Shown here one piece after another: positions 29,669-38,763 of a stretch of 64,000 nucleotides of DNA (position 1 is the first letter of the stretch; every line of letters starts with the position of its first letter). The notes beneath the pieces were generated by a model. It was not told the DNA's origin. It searched no databases and saw only the letters and a program-made list of their open reading frames with translations. The stretch covers positions 6,328 through 70,327 of the forward strand of contig DAOUJE010000044.1 of NCBI GenBank assembly GCA_034423055.1. The letters run 5' to 3'. Origin of the DNA: Dehalococcoidia bacterium (GTDB lineage Bacteria > Chloroflexota > Dehalococcoidia > Lucifugimonadales > Lucifugimonadaceae). The position numbers and the translations under genes are program-made.

Positions 29669-30442
29669 GTGAATACATTGGCGGACGAAATCTCACACGA
29701 CAAACCAGCCAGTGATGCCGATCTGAGCGATCCGAGTCCGTCGCGAATTCTCAAATCGGCTGGCGAAACAGATCTAACCTACCAACTCAAGTGGGCTGCT
29801 TGGCGCTGGCTCTACTCGATAGCCGAATGTCGCGCGATCGGAATGGAAGTCAGGCTTGAAGGACCTTTCGGTCGCGTCGTAGATCTCGTTGGCATCGGCA
29901 AAAGCAACTTCGTGTATATCGTGGAAGTGAAGTCGTCAAGAGGCGATCTGAAACGCGATGACAAATCGGAAAGCGATCGTAAGCGTGCTGCGGCACAGCT
30001 CACGATGCTCCAAGACGCTGCGAGTTTGACCGCCACAGTCCTCAACGACGCGCGCCAGCATGCTGTGGAGACCACCAGATCGGGCACTGATTGGCGAGAA
30101 AACCCGGCTTATCTCTCAGCGCGGAGAGATCACGAAGACATCGAGAGACGGCTCGCCGCCAAGGAACGCACATTGGTACATTTCTCAACCAAATTCCATG
30201 ACCCCTCGTTCTTGGCGTGTGCGGACTTTCACTACGTAATGGCGCCAAGAGGCCTGATCAGTCGTTCTGAGCTACCACCGTTTTGGGGGCTTTTGAACGA
30301 AAGTTCCGAGATCGTTGTCTCAGCCGTTCAAAAACAGATTCGCAAAAACACAACACACGTGTTGCGTGCTATTGCCAAAGCCAACACGCGAGATTTGATG
30401 AAAGCGTGCGACATCAGGATCGCTAAGCCGCCCCCGGAATAG
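29669..30442 (+). CDS. PD-(D/E)XK nuclease-fold protein, MmcB-like
   Basis: GRVVDLVGIGKSNFVYIVEVKSSRGDL (D...E-x-K core) and C-terminal CADFHYVMAP...LPPFWGLL resemble the MmcB family as I remember it. GTG start. Confidence 0.45.
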   Translation: MNTLADEISHDKPASDADLSDPSPSRILKSAGETDLTYQLKWAAWRWLYSIAECRAIGMEVRLEGPFGRVVDLVGIGKSNFVYIVEVKSSRGDLKRDDKSESDRKRAAAQLTMLQDAASLTATVLNDARQHAVETTRSGTDWRENPAYLSARRDHEDIERRLAAKERTLVHFSTKFHDPSFLACADFHYVMAPRGLISRSELPPFWGLLNESSEIVVSAVQKQIRKNTTHVLRAIAKANTRDLMKACDIRIAKPPPE

Positions 30443-30480
30443 TGTCCGTGCTGCTGACTACTTGAACGGCGACTCGCAGG

Positions 30481-31644
30481 CTATGAAAGCATCTCGCCGA
30501 GGCGATCGATTGCCAATCGCAGGTTGTCTTGCGAGTTGGCGAAAGAGATGCGGATGTAGCCATTGCCGTACTCTCCAAAAGCGGTGCCAGAGAGCAACGC
30601 GACACCTGCCTCATCCATCGCCCGGTCGGCGAAGGTTCGGCTATCGAGCCCAGTTCCGCTGATGTTCGGGAATGCGTAGAACGCGCCGCCGGGGTTTCGG
30701 CAGGAAACGCCAGGAAGGTTGTTCAAACCATCGACGACCAGGTCGCGGCGAATGCGGAACTCGTCCATCATTTCGGAGACAGAATCCTGGGGGCCTTGCA
30801 GTGCGGCGATCCCCGCCATCTGAACCGCCACCGATGTGCACGAAACGCTGTTAGTCATTAGTTTCGTGACCGCATCGAGCATGAACTCTGGGAACACTCC
30901 GTAACCTAACCGCCAACCCGTCATGGCGTAACTCTTGGAGAAGCCATCCAAGATGATCGTACGGTCGACCATATCGTCGAATTTCGTGATCGATGTGTGC
31001 GAGCCTTCGTAGTACATGTCTTTGTAGATTTCATCGGAAAGGACGACGAGGTCGTTCTCGACGGCGATTTTCGCGATGCGCTCCAAGTCTTCGTCGGAAA
31101 TCACGCTGCCGCAGGGGTTGTTGGGCGAGTTGACGATGATGAGCTTTGTGTTTTCGGTGACCAGTGCCTCTAACCGATCAACGTCAAGTGAAAAATCGAA
31201 TCGCTCTTCTAACGGAATCGGGACTGCGATGCCGCCCGCATAGTTGATCATCGACTCGTAGATGGGGAAACCCGGGTTCGGGTAGACGACCTCGTCGCCC
31301 TCTTCAATGAGTGCGAGGATCGAGAAGAACATCACTGGCTTGCCTCCCGGCGTCACGATTATGCGTTCTGCCGGAATCTCGTAGCCTTGCCTCTCCGTCT
31401 GATGGGCAGATACCGCTTCGCGTACCGGCATTTCTCCGGGGGATGGACCGTAGTGCGTGTAACCATTATCTAGAGCGTTCTTGGCGGCGTCGATTATGTG
31501 GCCCGGTGTATCGAAATCGGGTTCACCGATCTCTAGGTGAACTATGTGCCGTCCTTGGGCTTCTAATTCTCTGGCACGAGCCAGCGTCAGGAATGCAGTT
31601 TCCGTGCCTAGGCGGTCTTGTCGCGATGCTAGTGACTTGGGCAA
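30481..31644 (-). CDS. Pyridoxal phosphate-dependent aminotransferase (class I, aspartate aminotransferase-like)
   Basis: LEIGEPDFDTP, NPNNPCG, GFSKSYAMTGWRLGY (PLP lysine). TTG start in the track. Confidence 0.85.
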   Translation of the reverse strand: MPKSLASRQDRLGTETAFLTLARARELEAQGRHIVHLEIGEPDFDTPGHIIDAAKNALDNGYTHYGPSPGEMPVREAVSAHQTERQGYEIPAERIIVTPGGKPVMFFSILALIEEGDEVVYPNPGFPIYESMINYAGGIAVPIPLEERFDFSLDVDRLEALVTENTKLIIVNSPNNPCGSVISDEDLERIAKIAVENDLVVLSDEIYKDMYYEGSHTSITKFDDMVDRTIILDGFSKSYAMTGWRLGYGVFPEFMLDAVTKLMTNSVSCTSVAVQMAGIAALQGPQDSVSEMMDEFRIRRDLVVDGLNNLPGVSCRNPGGAFYAFPNISGTGLDSRTFADRAMDEAGVALLSGTAFGEYGNGYIRISFANSQDNLRLAIDRLGEMLS

Positions 31645-31769
31645 TCTCTCACAACCCGTGTTTTACTAGGAATTTGGTGCCGATGCGTTCGCGTCAATCA
31701 TGGTTCCGAACCAATCGAGATGCAATTCTCAAGGATACCCGAAACACCGTGAGCCGAAACGAAGAAACG

Positions 31770-32537
31770 ATGGACTACGTCCGGTGGGCAGAGCGTTACG
31801 ACATCTTCTACGAAGCTGCACCGGAAGGCGAGTTGGAGTTTTACCTGAACGCTATTGACCGATGCGGGGGATCGGTTTTGGAGCTAGGTGTTGGCACTGG
31901 CAGAATCGCAATCCCGGCTGCGGTTATGGGACACGATGTAACAGGCATTGACATCAACCGTCCGATGCTCGATCGTGCGCGGCTAAAATCCGCTGCCGCT
32001 CCTCTGTCTGGCAAACTGCAACTGGTCGAAGCAGACATGACGAAGATCGACCTCCCGCGTAAAGGGTTTGACCTTGTAATAATCCCAGCACACACGCTCG
32101 CGCTGGTAACCGATGAGCGCGATCAATCCGAAACTTTGATGCGCTGCGCCGAACACATGGCTCCGAACGCCGCCCTCATCTTCAATCTCTTCAACCCTTC
32201 GGATGATTTGATCCACGGAGATCTAGATGAGACATTTCTGCTAGGCGTAGTTGAAGACGAGGAATACGGTGTTCGGCATGTCTTAACGGGAACTAACGAA
32301 TTCGACACGACTCGTCAGGTCAATCGATGCACTCAAGCAATTGAAACTCTCAACGCCAAAGGCGAAACGATCGACTGTGAAGAGTTGCAAGTGCTGTTCC
32401 GTTATCTGCACCACCACCAAGTCAATGACATGCTCGAACGAGCGGGTCTCCAGGCGATAGAGGTGTTCGGCGACTTCGACGGATCGCCGTTAACCGATGA
32501 CAGCGAAGAGATGATCTACATCTGTCGGTTGAAGTGA
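31770..32537 (+). CDS. Class I SAM-dependent methyltransferase
   Basis: VLELGVGTGRIAIPAA. The track ORF (31311) was trimmed to the first ATG that does not overlap the convergent aminotransferase. Confidence 0.75.
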   Translation: MDYVRWAERYDIFYEAAPEGELEFYLNAIDRCGGSVLELGVGTGRIAIPAAVMGHDVTGIDINRPMLDRARLKSAAAPLSGKLQLVEADMTKIDLPRKGFDLVIIPAHTLALVTDERDQSETLMRCAEHMAPNAALIFNLFNPSDDLIHGDLDETFLLGVVEDEEYGVRHVLTGTNEFDTTRQVNRCTQAIETLNAKGETIDCEELQVLFRYLHHHQVNDMLERAGLQAIEVFGDFDGSPLTDDSEEMIYICRLK

Positions 32538-32555
32538 ACGCTGACGTCCACTGAA

Positions 32556-33572
32556 TCAGTTGACGGGCGGGGGTGCGGGTGGAGGTTCGACTGGTTCGAT
32601 GCCGGGTGCCCGTTCTTCGACATTGGCTAGCCACTCCTCGGCGCGCTCGATGATCGTCGGCAGTTTCGGGTCTTGCGAGAGTGATATCGCTTCTTCTAGA
32701 TCCCACTTGGCTTCCGCGTATTGTCCAGCTCGAGCCAATAAAATCCCGCGATCCAAGAAGTAAGAGGCCTGCGCTGGCTGAAGCTCAATGGCGTAACTAA
32801 AGTCAGCGTATGCTGCGCTTCCGTCGAGCAACACGTCGCGATGGTATCGCCCGCGCCACCAATAAACTCCACCATCTTCAGGAGCCAGCCTGATCGCGGT
32901 CCGGAAATGCTCCGATGCGGCGTCGTAGTCGTTTTCAGCTGCTCGCACACGCCCCAGCACCAGATGTGCGTTGATCTGTTCGTCATCTAATTCGAGCGCG
33001 CGCAACGAATCGTTTTTCGCTCCCTCGAAATCGCCCATTGAGACTCGAACCATCGCCCGTTGCCCGTAGATCGATCCCACATTGGGGCGAAGCGACACGG
33101 CGCGGTCGTAATCGACCATTGCATCCTCAAGTTCGCCCTGCATCATGCGCGCTTGCCCACGTCCCGCCCACGCGCGGGCGAACTGCGGCTCGATCTCGAC
33201 TATCGTCGCAAAACGACGCTCGGCATCTTTGAACTCGCCACGATCAAGCGTTCGATGCGCGGCTGAATACATGCTGACCGTTTCACGCGTCGCCGGCGTC
33301 GGTACTGGTGATGGTGTCGCCGTGGGCGTCGATGTCGGAGTCAATTCCGGTTGCGGCGTCGCAGTGTTTACCGGTGCCAACACCACTACTTCCGTCGGTG
33401 TTGGTGGCACCTGCGTAGGAGTTGGCATCGGTTCGGGTTGCTGGCAAGCAGACATCAACATCGCCGCGGTCAACGACACGACAAGGAGCGTAGCCAGCAT
33501 CAAGCGGATTTTGGTTCTGAAAATCATCACTGAATCAAGGATACGAATTTGATCAGAAGAAAGTTTCTTCAA
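32556..33572 (-). CDS. TPR-repeat lipoprotein with Pro/Thr-rich linker
   Basis: Lipobox LMSAC, a PTPTQVPPTPTE... linker, then repeated TPR-like A/Y/F patterns. Confidence 0.7.
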   Translation of the reverse strand: MKKLSSDQIRILDSVMIFRTKIRLMLATLLVVSLTAAMLMSACQQPEPMPTPTQVPPTPTEVVVLAPVNTATPQPELTPTSTPTATPSPVPTPATRETVSMYSAAHRTLDRGEFKDAERRFATIVEIEPQFARAWAGRGQARMMQGELEDAMVDYDRAVSLRPNVGSIYGQRAMVRVSMGDFEGAKNDSLRALELDDEQINAHLVLGRVRAAENDYDAASEHFRTAIRLAPEDGGVYWWRGRYHRDVLLDGSAAYADFSYAIELQPAQASYFLDRGILLARAGQYAEAKWDLEEAISLSQDPKLPTIIERAEEWLANVEERAPGIEPVEPPPAPPPVN

Positions 33573-33573
33573 G

Positions 33574-34566
33574 TTATCTGCCGATCAAACCTGACACCAA
33601 CATTTCAACTGCCAACCGACGGTCTACGCGCCCGGTTTTAGCACCGACATCGATATCCAACATGTGCAGATGCATCGCCCTCAGGCGTGCCGATCCGATT
33701 CGTGATGCTTGCTTGCACGTCTTGTCCAACAGCCAAGACATGTTTCTCATCCAAGGCATGTTTGTGTATAACCGCGGCCCGATTTCAGAGGTCGGCGCAC
33801 GGCGTTCTAGCATGTGGGCAGCGATTATCAGTGTACGAACATGACGTGTCAATGAGCTGAAAATGCGTTCTATAGTGTCTCCGTTGGCTATGAGATTCTG
33901 TACTCCGCTGATTGCTAGGTTGTGTCGCCCTTCGATAATGGCATCCATCACGTTGAAGATACGGTCTTGGCTCGTGTCAGCGACCATCAGATCGATGTCT
34001 TTCGGTTGGAGTGTCCGTCCGTCGGCGTATAGAGCGAGTTTTTGAATCTCACTGTCTAGTCGCCTGACATCGTCGCCGCCGATCTCGTTAAAGCGACTAA
34101 TCGCGCTCCCTGATGCGGCGACGCTATGAAAGTCGAAACGGTTGCGGATCCAACCTATACGATCGCGTCTGTCAGGAACCAGATGCGTTTCTACTTCAGC
34201 GAACGAGGTCAAAGCCTTCAACGGGCGAGAAGTCAGGTTGAGTCGCACATTCTCGACGAATATCAGGTCGTTGGTTATCTGCATCGCCTCTCTGGATACT
34301 CGTTCGCCGAAAGACTCCCAATCTGCGCGGACTCTTTCGCCTCGTGTGTCCATCGGTTTCAACATCCCTTTCACGACGACCGCGCGTCGATCAGTTAAAA
34401 ACGGGGATATCATCGCTGCTGCGAACACTTCTGCCATGCGTGCGTTGGGAGCGTCGAACACGGTCACGTTCGGAGCGCGAAGTTCCGGCGGACCTAGAGC
34501 GGCTAGGTGCGCTTCAAGCGAGTTGGAGATGGAGAATTCATCATCACCGTGGATCAGTCTGATCAT
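33574..34566 (-). CDS. holA: DNA polymerase III subunit delta
   Basis: MIRLIHGDDEFSI... and 330-aa length typical of HolA. Family call from overall pattern only. Confidence 0.6.
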   Translation of the reverse strand: MIRLIHGDDEFSISNSLEAHLAALGPPELRAPNVTVFDAPNARMAEVFAAAMISPFLTDRRAVVVKGMLKPMDTRGERVRADWESFGERVSREAMQITNDLIFVENVRLNLTSRPLKALTSFAEVETHLVPDRRDRIGWIRNRFDFHSVAASGSAISRFNEIGGDDVRRLDSEIQKLALYADGRTLQPKDIDLMVADTSQDRIFNVMDAIIEGRHNLAISGVQNLIANGDTIERIFSSLTRHVRTLIIAAHMLERRAPTSEIGPRLYTNMPWMRNMSWLLDKTCKQASRIGSARLRAMHLHMLDIDVGAKTGRVDRRLAVEMLVSGLIGR

Positions 34567-34675
34567 GTCGAATCCAGATTAATTGATTCCCCAGCCATCA
34601 AGAACGCATTGGTAGAAAACTTCGATTTCTATAATCGAATCTTGGTCGTTTCACAATTTCGACGGTAGAAAACAG

Positions 34676-35779
34676 ATGTCCACAACCATAATCGGTCTAG
34701 CCGCCGCGGGTAAGACGACAGTGTTCAATGCGCTGACGCGCGGCTCCGTCGATAAAGGTCTCTACGGCGCAGCGAAGTCGGCTAATATCGGCATCGGCGC
34801 AAAGCCAGACGCTCGACTCGACTTCATCCACCACGCGTTCGAGAGTCGCCGTAAGGTGCGCGCTGAGATGACGTTTTGGGATATGCCGGTCGACTACTCT
34901 TCGGGCACCGTGCTGAGTCGTGAGACGGTTAACTCGCTTCAGAAAGCGAAAGCCCTTCTGCTGGTTATTCGCAAGTTTGCAGACCCTTCAACGCCACATC
35001 CTGATGGCTCTGTCGATTGGCTACGCGATCTCGAGAAACTCACTTTCGAAATCCTGTTCGCCGACATTGAATTGCTCGACAGGCGTGTTGAACGAGTCGA
35101 GTCTGGCATGAAGGCGCTGAAGTCGTCGGAACGCGTTCAAGCCGTTGCGAATATCGAAGCGCTCAAGGAAATACAGACGTTGCTTGAAGATGGCTCGCCA
35201 TTGCGGTCATTGTCTCTCGACGAATCGGCATCGCGCGCAATCTCTGGTTCATTCGCACTCAGCGGATTACCGTTCGTAGTCGCGGTAAACGTCGGCGAAG
35301 ACGACATCGGTATCGATCCCGAGGTACTCCGTTCTCAAGCGGTTGACAGCCTGGGTTCAAACATCATTGATGACCAAACCGCGATCGTCCCGATATGCGG
35401 TTCCTTGGAAGAGGAGTTGAGAAGCATGGACGACGCGGAGGGGGCTGAGTTGCGCTCCGAGTTGGGAATTGCCACTGACGACAGCGAAGCGCTAATGGAT
35501 GCATGCCTCAAGTGCCTGAAGACGCAGACCTTTTACACCGCCTCCGACCGCGAGGTGCGCGCTTGGCACTTCCGAGCTGGGGCTAGCGCGCCAGAGGCAG
35601 CCGGCGTAGTCCACTCCGATATGGAGCGCGGCTTCATCCGTGCCGAGGTCGTCGCTTACGATGATTTCGTGCGCTGCGGTAGCATGGTGGAAGCAAGAAA
35701 ACAGGGTGTGTTACGGCAAGAAGGGAAAAACTACACTTTCGTGGATGGCGACATGGCCAACTTCCTGTTCTCAGTCTGA
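34676..35779 (+). CDS. ychF: YchF/OLA1-family ribosome-binding ATPase (divergent P-loop)
   Basis: IIGLAAAGKTTVFNALT; C-terminal FYTASDREVRAWHFRAGASAPEAAGVVHSDMERGFIRAEV (YchF C-terminal domain). Confidence 0.7.
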   Translation: MSTTIIGLAAAGKTTVFNALTRGSVDKGLYGAAKSANIGIGAKPDARLDFIHHAFESRRKVRAEMTFWDMPVDYSSGTVLSRETVNSLQKAKALLLVIRKFADPSTPHPDGSVDWLRDLEKLTFEILFADIELLDRRVERVESGMKALKSSERVQAVANIEALKEIQTLLEDGSPLRSLSLDESASRAISGSFALSGLPFVVAVNVGEDDIGIDPEVLRSQAVDSLGSNIIDDQTAIVPICGSLEEELRSMDDAEGAELRSELGIATDDSEALMDACLKCLKTQTFYTASDREVRAWHFRAGASAPEAAGVVHSDMERGFIRAEVVAYDDFVRCGSMVEARKQGVLRQEGKNYTFVDGDMANFLFSV

Positions 35780-35839
35780 TGTAGGCACCGAAACCTGTTC
35801 TTCCAACCCGACCTAACCTAACCGATAGAACAAGCGACC

Positions 35840-36499
35840 ATGACTCGATCCCTATTCATCGTGCGACTAGTGCAACCATTCCCCGGTCTCGATGGCTACG
35901 ACGCGATGCTGTCGAACTACTGGTCGGCTGTCAAAGCGCAACTCGACCGTCAAGCGATCACTTCCGGCGCTATCAAGCGCATATTCGTCGAAACAGTCAC
36001 GGGTCGCGGTGAAGACGCACTGGTTCAGTTGCAACAGATCAATCCGTCGGCGAGCCAACTCGTGCGTAGCTTGATCGCAAGCGGCGCGGTCATCGAAGAG
36101 TTTGAGGACACCGAACTTTTGACCGAGCTGATCGATTGGGGGCAATGCGCTACGCAGAATCTGATGTCCGAAAAGGTGAGAAGCGTCGTGCAATCAGGCC
36201 AAGTAGAAACTGCCGGCGCTCGCGACGAGCATTTGCAGAAACGACTCAACGACGCTATCGGCGATGACGAGTCTGCCGTTGTCTTCGCAGTATCAGGTCA
36301 ACTGCCGGTACCTGACCCCATTGAGCGGTTCATTGTTTCGCCGCCAGAATTGGATCAACTCGAACGTTGGTTGCGAGGGAAGATGGAAGAGGCACGGCGT
36401 GAGATGATGGAACAGGCCCAACGTCAATCCGGCCAGCAACCCGGAGCAGCAGGGGGATCGAGCGAAACATCGTCGGGCGGGCTATGGACCCCGCCTTAG
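35840..36499 (+). CDS. Hypothetical protein
   Basis: 219-aa ORF filling the gap between ychF and hemW; no motif recognised. Its longest listed antisense competitor is a 108-aa ORF. Confidence 0.5.
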   Translation: MTRSLFIVRLVQPFPGLDGYDAMLSNYWSAVKAQLDRQAITSGAIKRIFVETVTGRGEDALVQLQQINPSASQLVRSLIASGAVIEEFEDTELLTELIDWGQCATQNLMSEKVRSVVQSGQVETAGARDEHLQKRLNDAIGDDESAVVFAVSGQLPVPDPIERFIVSPPELDQLERWLRGKMEEARREMMEQAQRQSGQQPGAAGGSSETSSGGLWTPP

Positions 36500-36545
36500 G
36501 CACGTCATCTGCCTCCGGACGCGTTGGGAGGCGCGCTTCAGCAAA

Positions 36546-37796
36546 TTGCCACACCCTCCCCTCAAATTTTCCGATACCAACGTTGTCGCCCGCGCTGGCA
36601 ACGATTTAAGCGAGCCCATCGCTGTCTACGTACACATCCCATTTTGCCTTTCAAAATGCAACTATTGCGACTTCAACACATATGAAGGCATCGAATCTCT
36701 GATGCCGTCGTTCGTTGATGCGTTGTCGTCTGAGATTGGCATTTGGGGCAAACGGCTCGATCGTCCTAACGTATCAACCGTTTTCTTCGGTGGCGGAACA
36801 CCTTCTTACCTGCCTGTCGAATCGATTTTCTTGCTTTCAGAACGTCTTCGCGAAGCAACTAACATCGCACCTGGTGCAGAAATGACCTTGGAAGCCAACC
36901 CCGATGACGTAGACGCTGAAAAGGCGGAAGCGTGGTTGGAGGCAGGCTTCAACCGCATCAGTATCGGGGTTCAATCATTTGACGACCAGATTCTTCACGC
37001 TCTTTCACGTCGACATGATGCGGGTCAAGCAACATCGGCGGTCGAGACTGCACGATCCGCCGGGTTAGAAAACATCAGCATCGACTTGATGTTCGGTTTG
37101 CCAAATCAATCACTAGCTGCCTGGAAACGCTCACTGAAACGCGCGATCGAACTTGAGACAGATCATCTCTCATTGTACGGTCTGCAAATCGAACTGGGGA
37201 CACCGTTGCAAAGAGATGTCCTCCGTGGCATCGTGCCAACACCGGACGACGACTTGGCGGCTGACATGTATGAGATGGCGATGGACGAATTGAGACAAGC
37301 CGGATATGGACACTACGAGATATCCAACTGGGCAAAACCTGGGTTCCGATCGCGCCATAATCTCGCGTACTGGTTGAACCAGCCGTATCTCGGCGTAGGG
37401 CCGGGAGCACATTCTTCGATGATGGGCCGACGCTTCTCAAATATGAAGTCGCCACGTAGATACATCTCTGCCGTTGGATCCGCCGAATACCTAGACGAAA
37501 CGGATTCCATGCCGATCGAAGAAGGTGTAATCGCCGTCGATTTCGTCGAAGTTACATCCTTTGAGATGGCGATGTCGGAAACGATGATGCTCGGTATGAG
37601 GTTGTCCGACGGAATGACGAAGTCAGGGTTCGAGCGTCGCTTCGGAATTTCGATGGACGATGTCTACGGGCGGGAGATATCCACGCTTGTCTCAACAGGG
37701 TTGATCGAGGACGATGGTGACCGCATTGTCCTCACACGGCAAGGAAAGCTGCTCGGTAATAACGTATTCGAATCTTTCATCCTTGCAGACGATTGA
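36546..37796 (+). CDS. hemW: Radical SAM family heme chaperone HemW / oxygen-independent coproporphyrinogen oxidase-like
   Basis: VYVHIPFCLSKCNYCDFNTY (CxxxCxxC), FFGGGTPS. TTG start. Confidence 0.8.
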   Translation: MPHPPLKFSDTNVVARAGNDLSEPIAVYVHIPFCLSKCNYCDFNTYEGIESLMPSFVDALSSEIGIWGKRLDRPNVSTVFFGGGTPSYLPVESIFLLSERLREATNIAPGAEMTLEANPDDVDAEKAEAWLEAGFNRISIGVQSFDDQILHALSRRHDAGQATSAVETARSAGLENISIDLMFGLPNQSLAAWKRSLKRAIELETDHLSLYGLQIELGTPLQRDVLRGIVPTPDDDLAADMYEMAMDELRQAGYGHYEISNWAKPGFRSRHNLAYWLNQPYLGVGPGAHSSMMGRRFSNMKSPRRYISAVGSAEYLDETDSMPIEEGVIAVDFVEVTSFEMAMSETMMLGMRLSDGMTKSGFERRFGISMDDVYGREISTLVSTGLIEDDGDRIVLTRQGKLLGNNVFESFILADD

Positions 37797-37800
37797 AACG

Positions 37801-38652
37801 ATGACAGACTTGGACAAACAGAGCACATACCAAACCTCACGCGACGGCGTCGACTTCCCGGAGCATCTCGATGAAGCGGTCGAAATCTGGGACGAAATCT
37901 CCAGTTGGTGGGACGACAAGATCGGTGATGGAAACACTGCTCAGGATTATCTGATCGAGCCGACACAGGAACGCCTACTCGCACTGGAGCGTGGCTCCAA
38001 GGTGCTTGACATCGCTTGTGGTGCTGGTCGTTTCACGCGACGCATGGCCGATCGTGGTGCGAAAATCACTGCCATCGACCATTCAAGCGTGTTCATCGAG
38101 AGGGCGCGGCAACGTTCGAAAGGCTACGAAGATCGGATCGAATTCTTGATCGCCAATGCTGCCGACCGCGACGCATTGATGGCGTTGCTCAGCGCACCAT
38201 TCGATGCCGCTGTCTGCACGATGGGGATCATGGACATGGCCGTCATCACGCCGCTGGCGGAGACGCTTCCGCGGTTGTTGAAACCAGGCGGAAGATTCGT
38301 CTTCAGCATTTTGCATCCGGTATTCAACTCGGACGGCACGCGCAACACGTTAGAGCGTGAATTCACGGCCTACGGCGTCGAAGAAAGATTCGCCGTATGG
38401 GTGCCAGACTACCTGAAAACACGAGCTTATCGCGGTATCGGAATCGAAGGTCAGTCGCGACCACATTGGTACTTTCATCGACCAATCAGCGAGTTGTTGC
38501 GAGTGTTCTTGAACCAAGGGTTCGCTCTAACGGGATTCGAGGAACCGCGCTTTCCTATCGAAGCTTATTCAGAAGCCAAATCGCCACTATCGAGCGTGTT
38601 CTGGCGCGAATTTCCACTCGTGATGGTCGTCCGTCTCGATTTGCTTAACTAA
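37801..38652 (+). CDS. Class I SAM-dependent methyltransferase
   Basis: VLDIACGAGRFTRRMA. The ATG at 37801 lies just after the hemW stop; the track ORF start at 37714 overlaps hemW. Confidence 0.75.
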   Translation: MTDLDKQSTYQTSRDGVDFPEHLDEAVEIWDEISSWWDDKIGDGNTAQDYLIEPTQERLLALERGSKVLDIACGAGRFTRRMADRGAKITAIDHSSVFIERARQRSKGYEDRIEFLIANAADRDALMALLSAPFDAAVCTMGIMDMAVITPLAETLPRLLKPGGRFVFSILHPVFNSDGTRNTLEREFTAYGVEERFAVWVPDYLKTRAYRGIGIEGQSRPHWYFHRPISELLRVFLNQGFALTGFEEPRFPIEAYSEAKSPLSSVFWREFPLVMVVRLDLLN

Positions 38653-38763
38653 AACCCGAAAGCGCCACCAAATCCGCGACGACGTCTATTCGGTGAACGA
38701 ATTGCCGATTCGTTCGATAATCCATACTTATCGGCATGTCTGAGAAGGTCTAACACCACCGCA

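Noticed and set aside
31311-31769. N-terminal 153 codons of track ORF 31311..32537
   Set aside because: They overlap the convergent, well-supported aminotransferase gene. The methyltransferase fold begins after the ATG at 31770.
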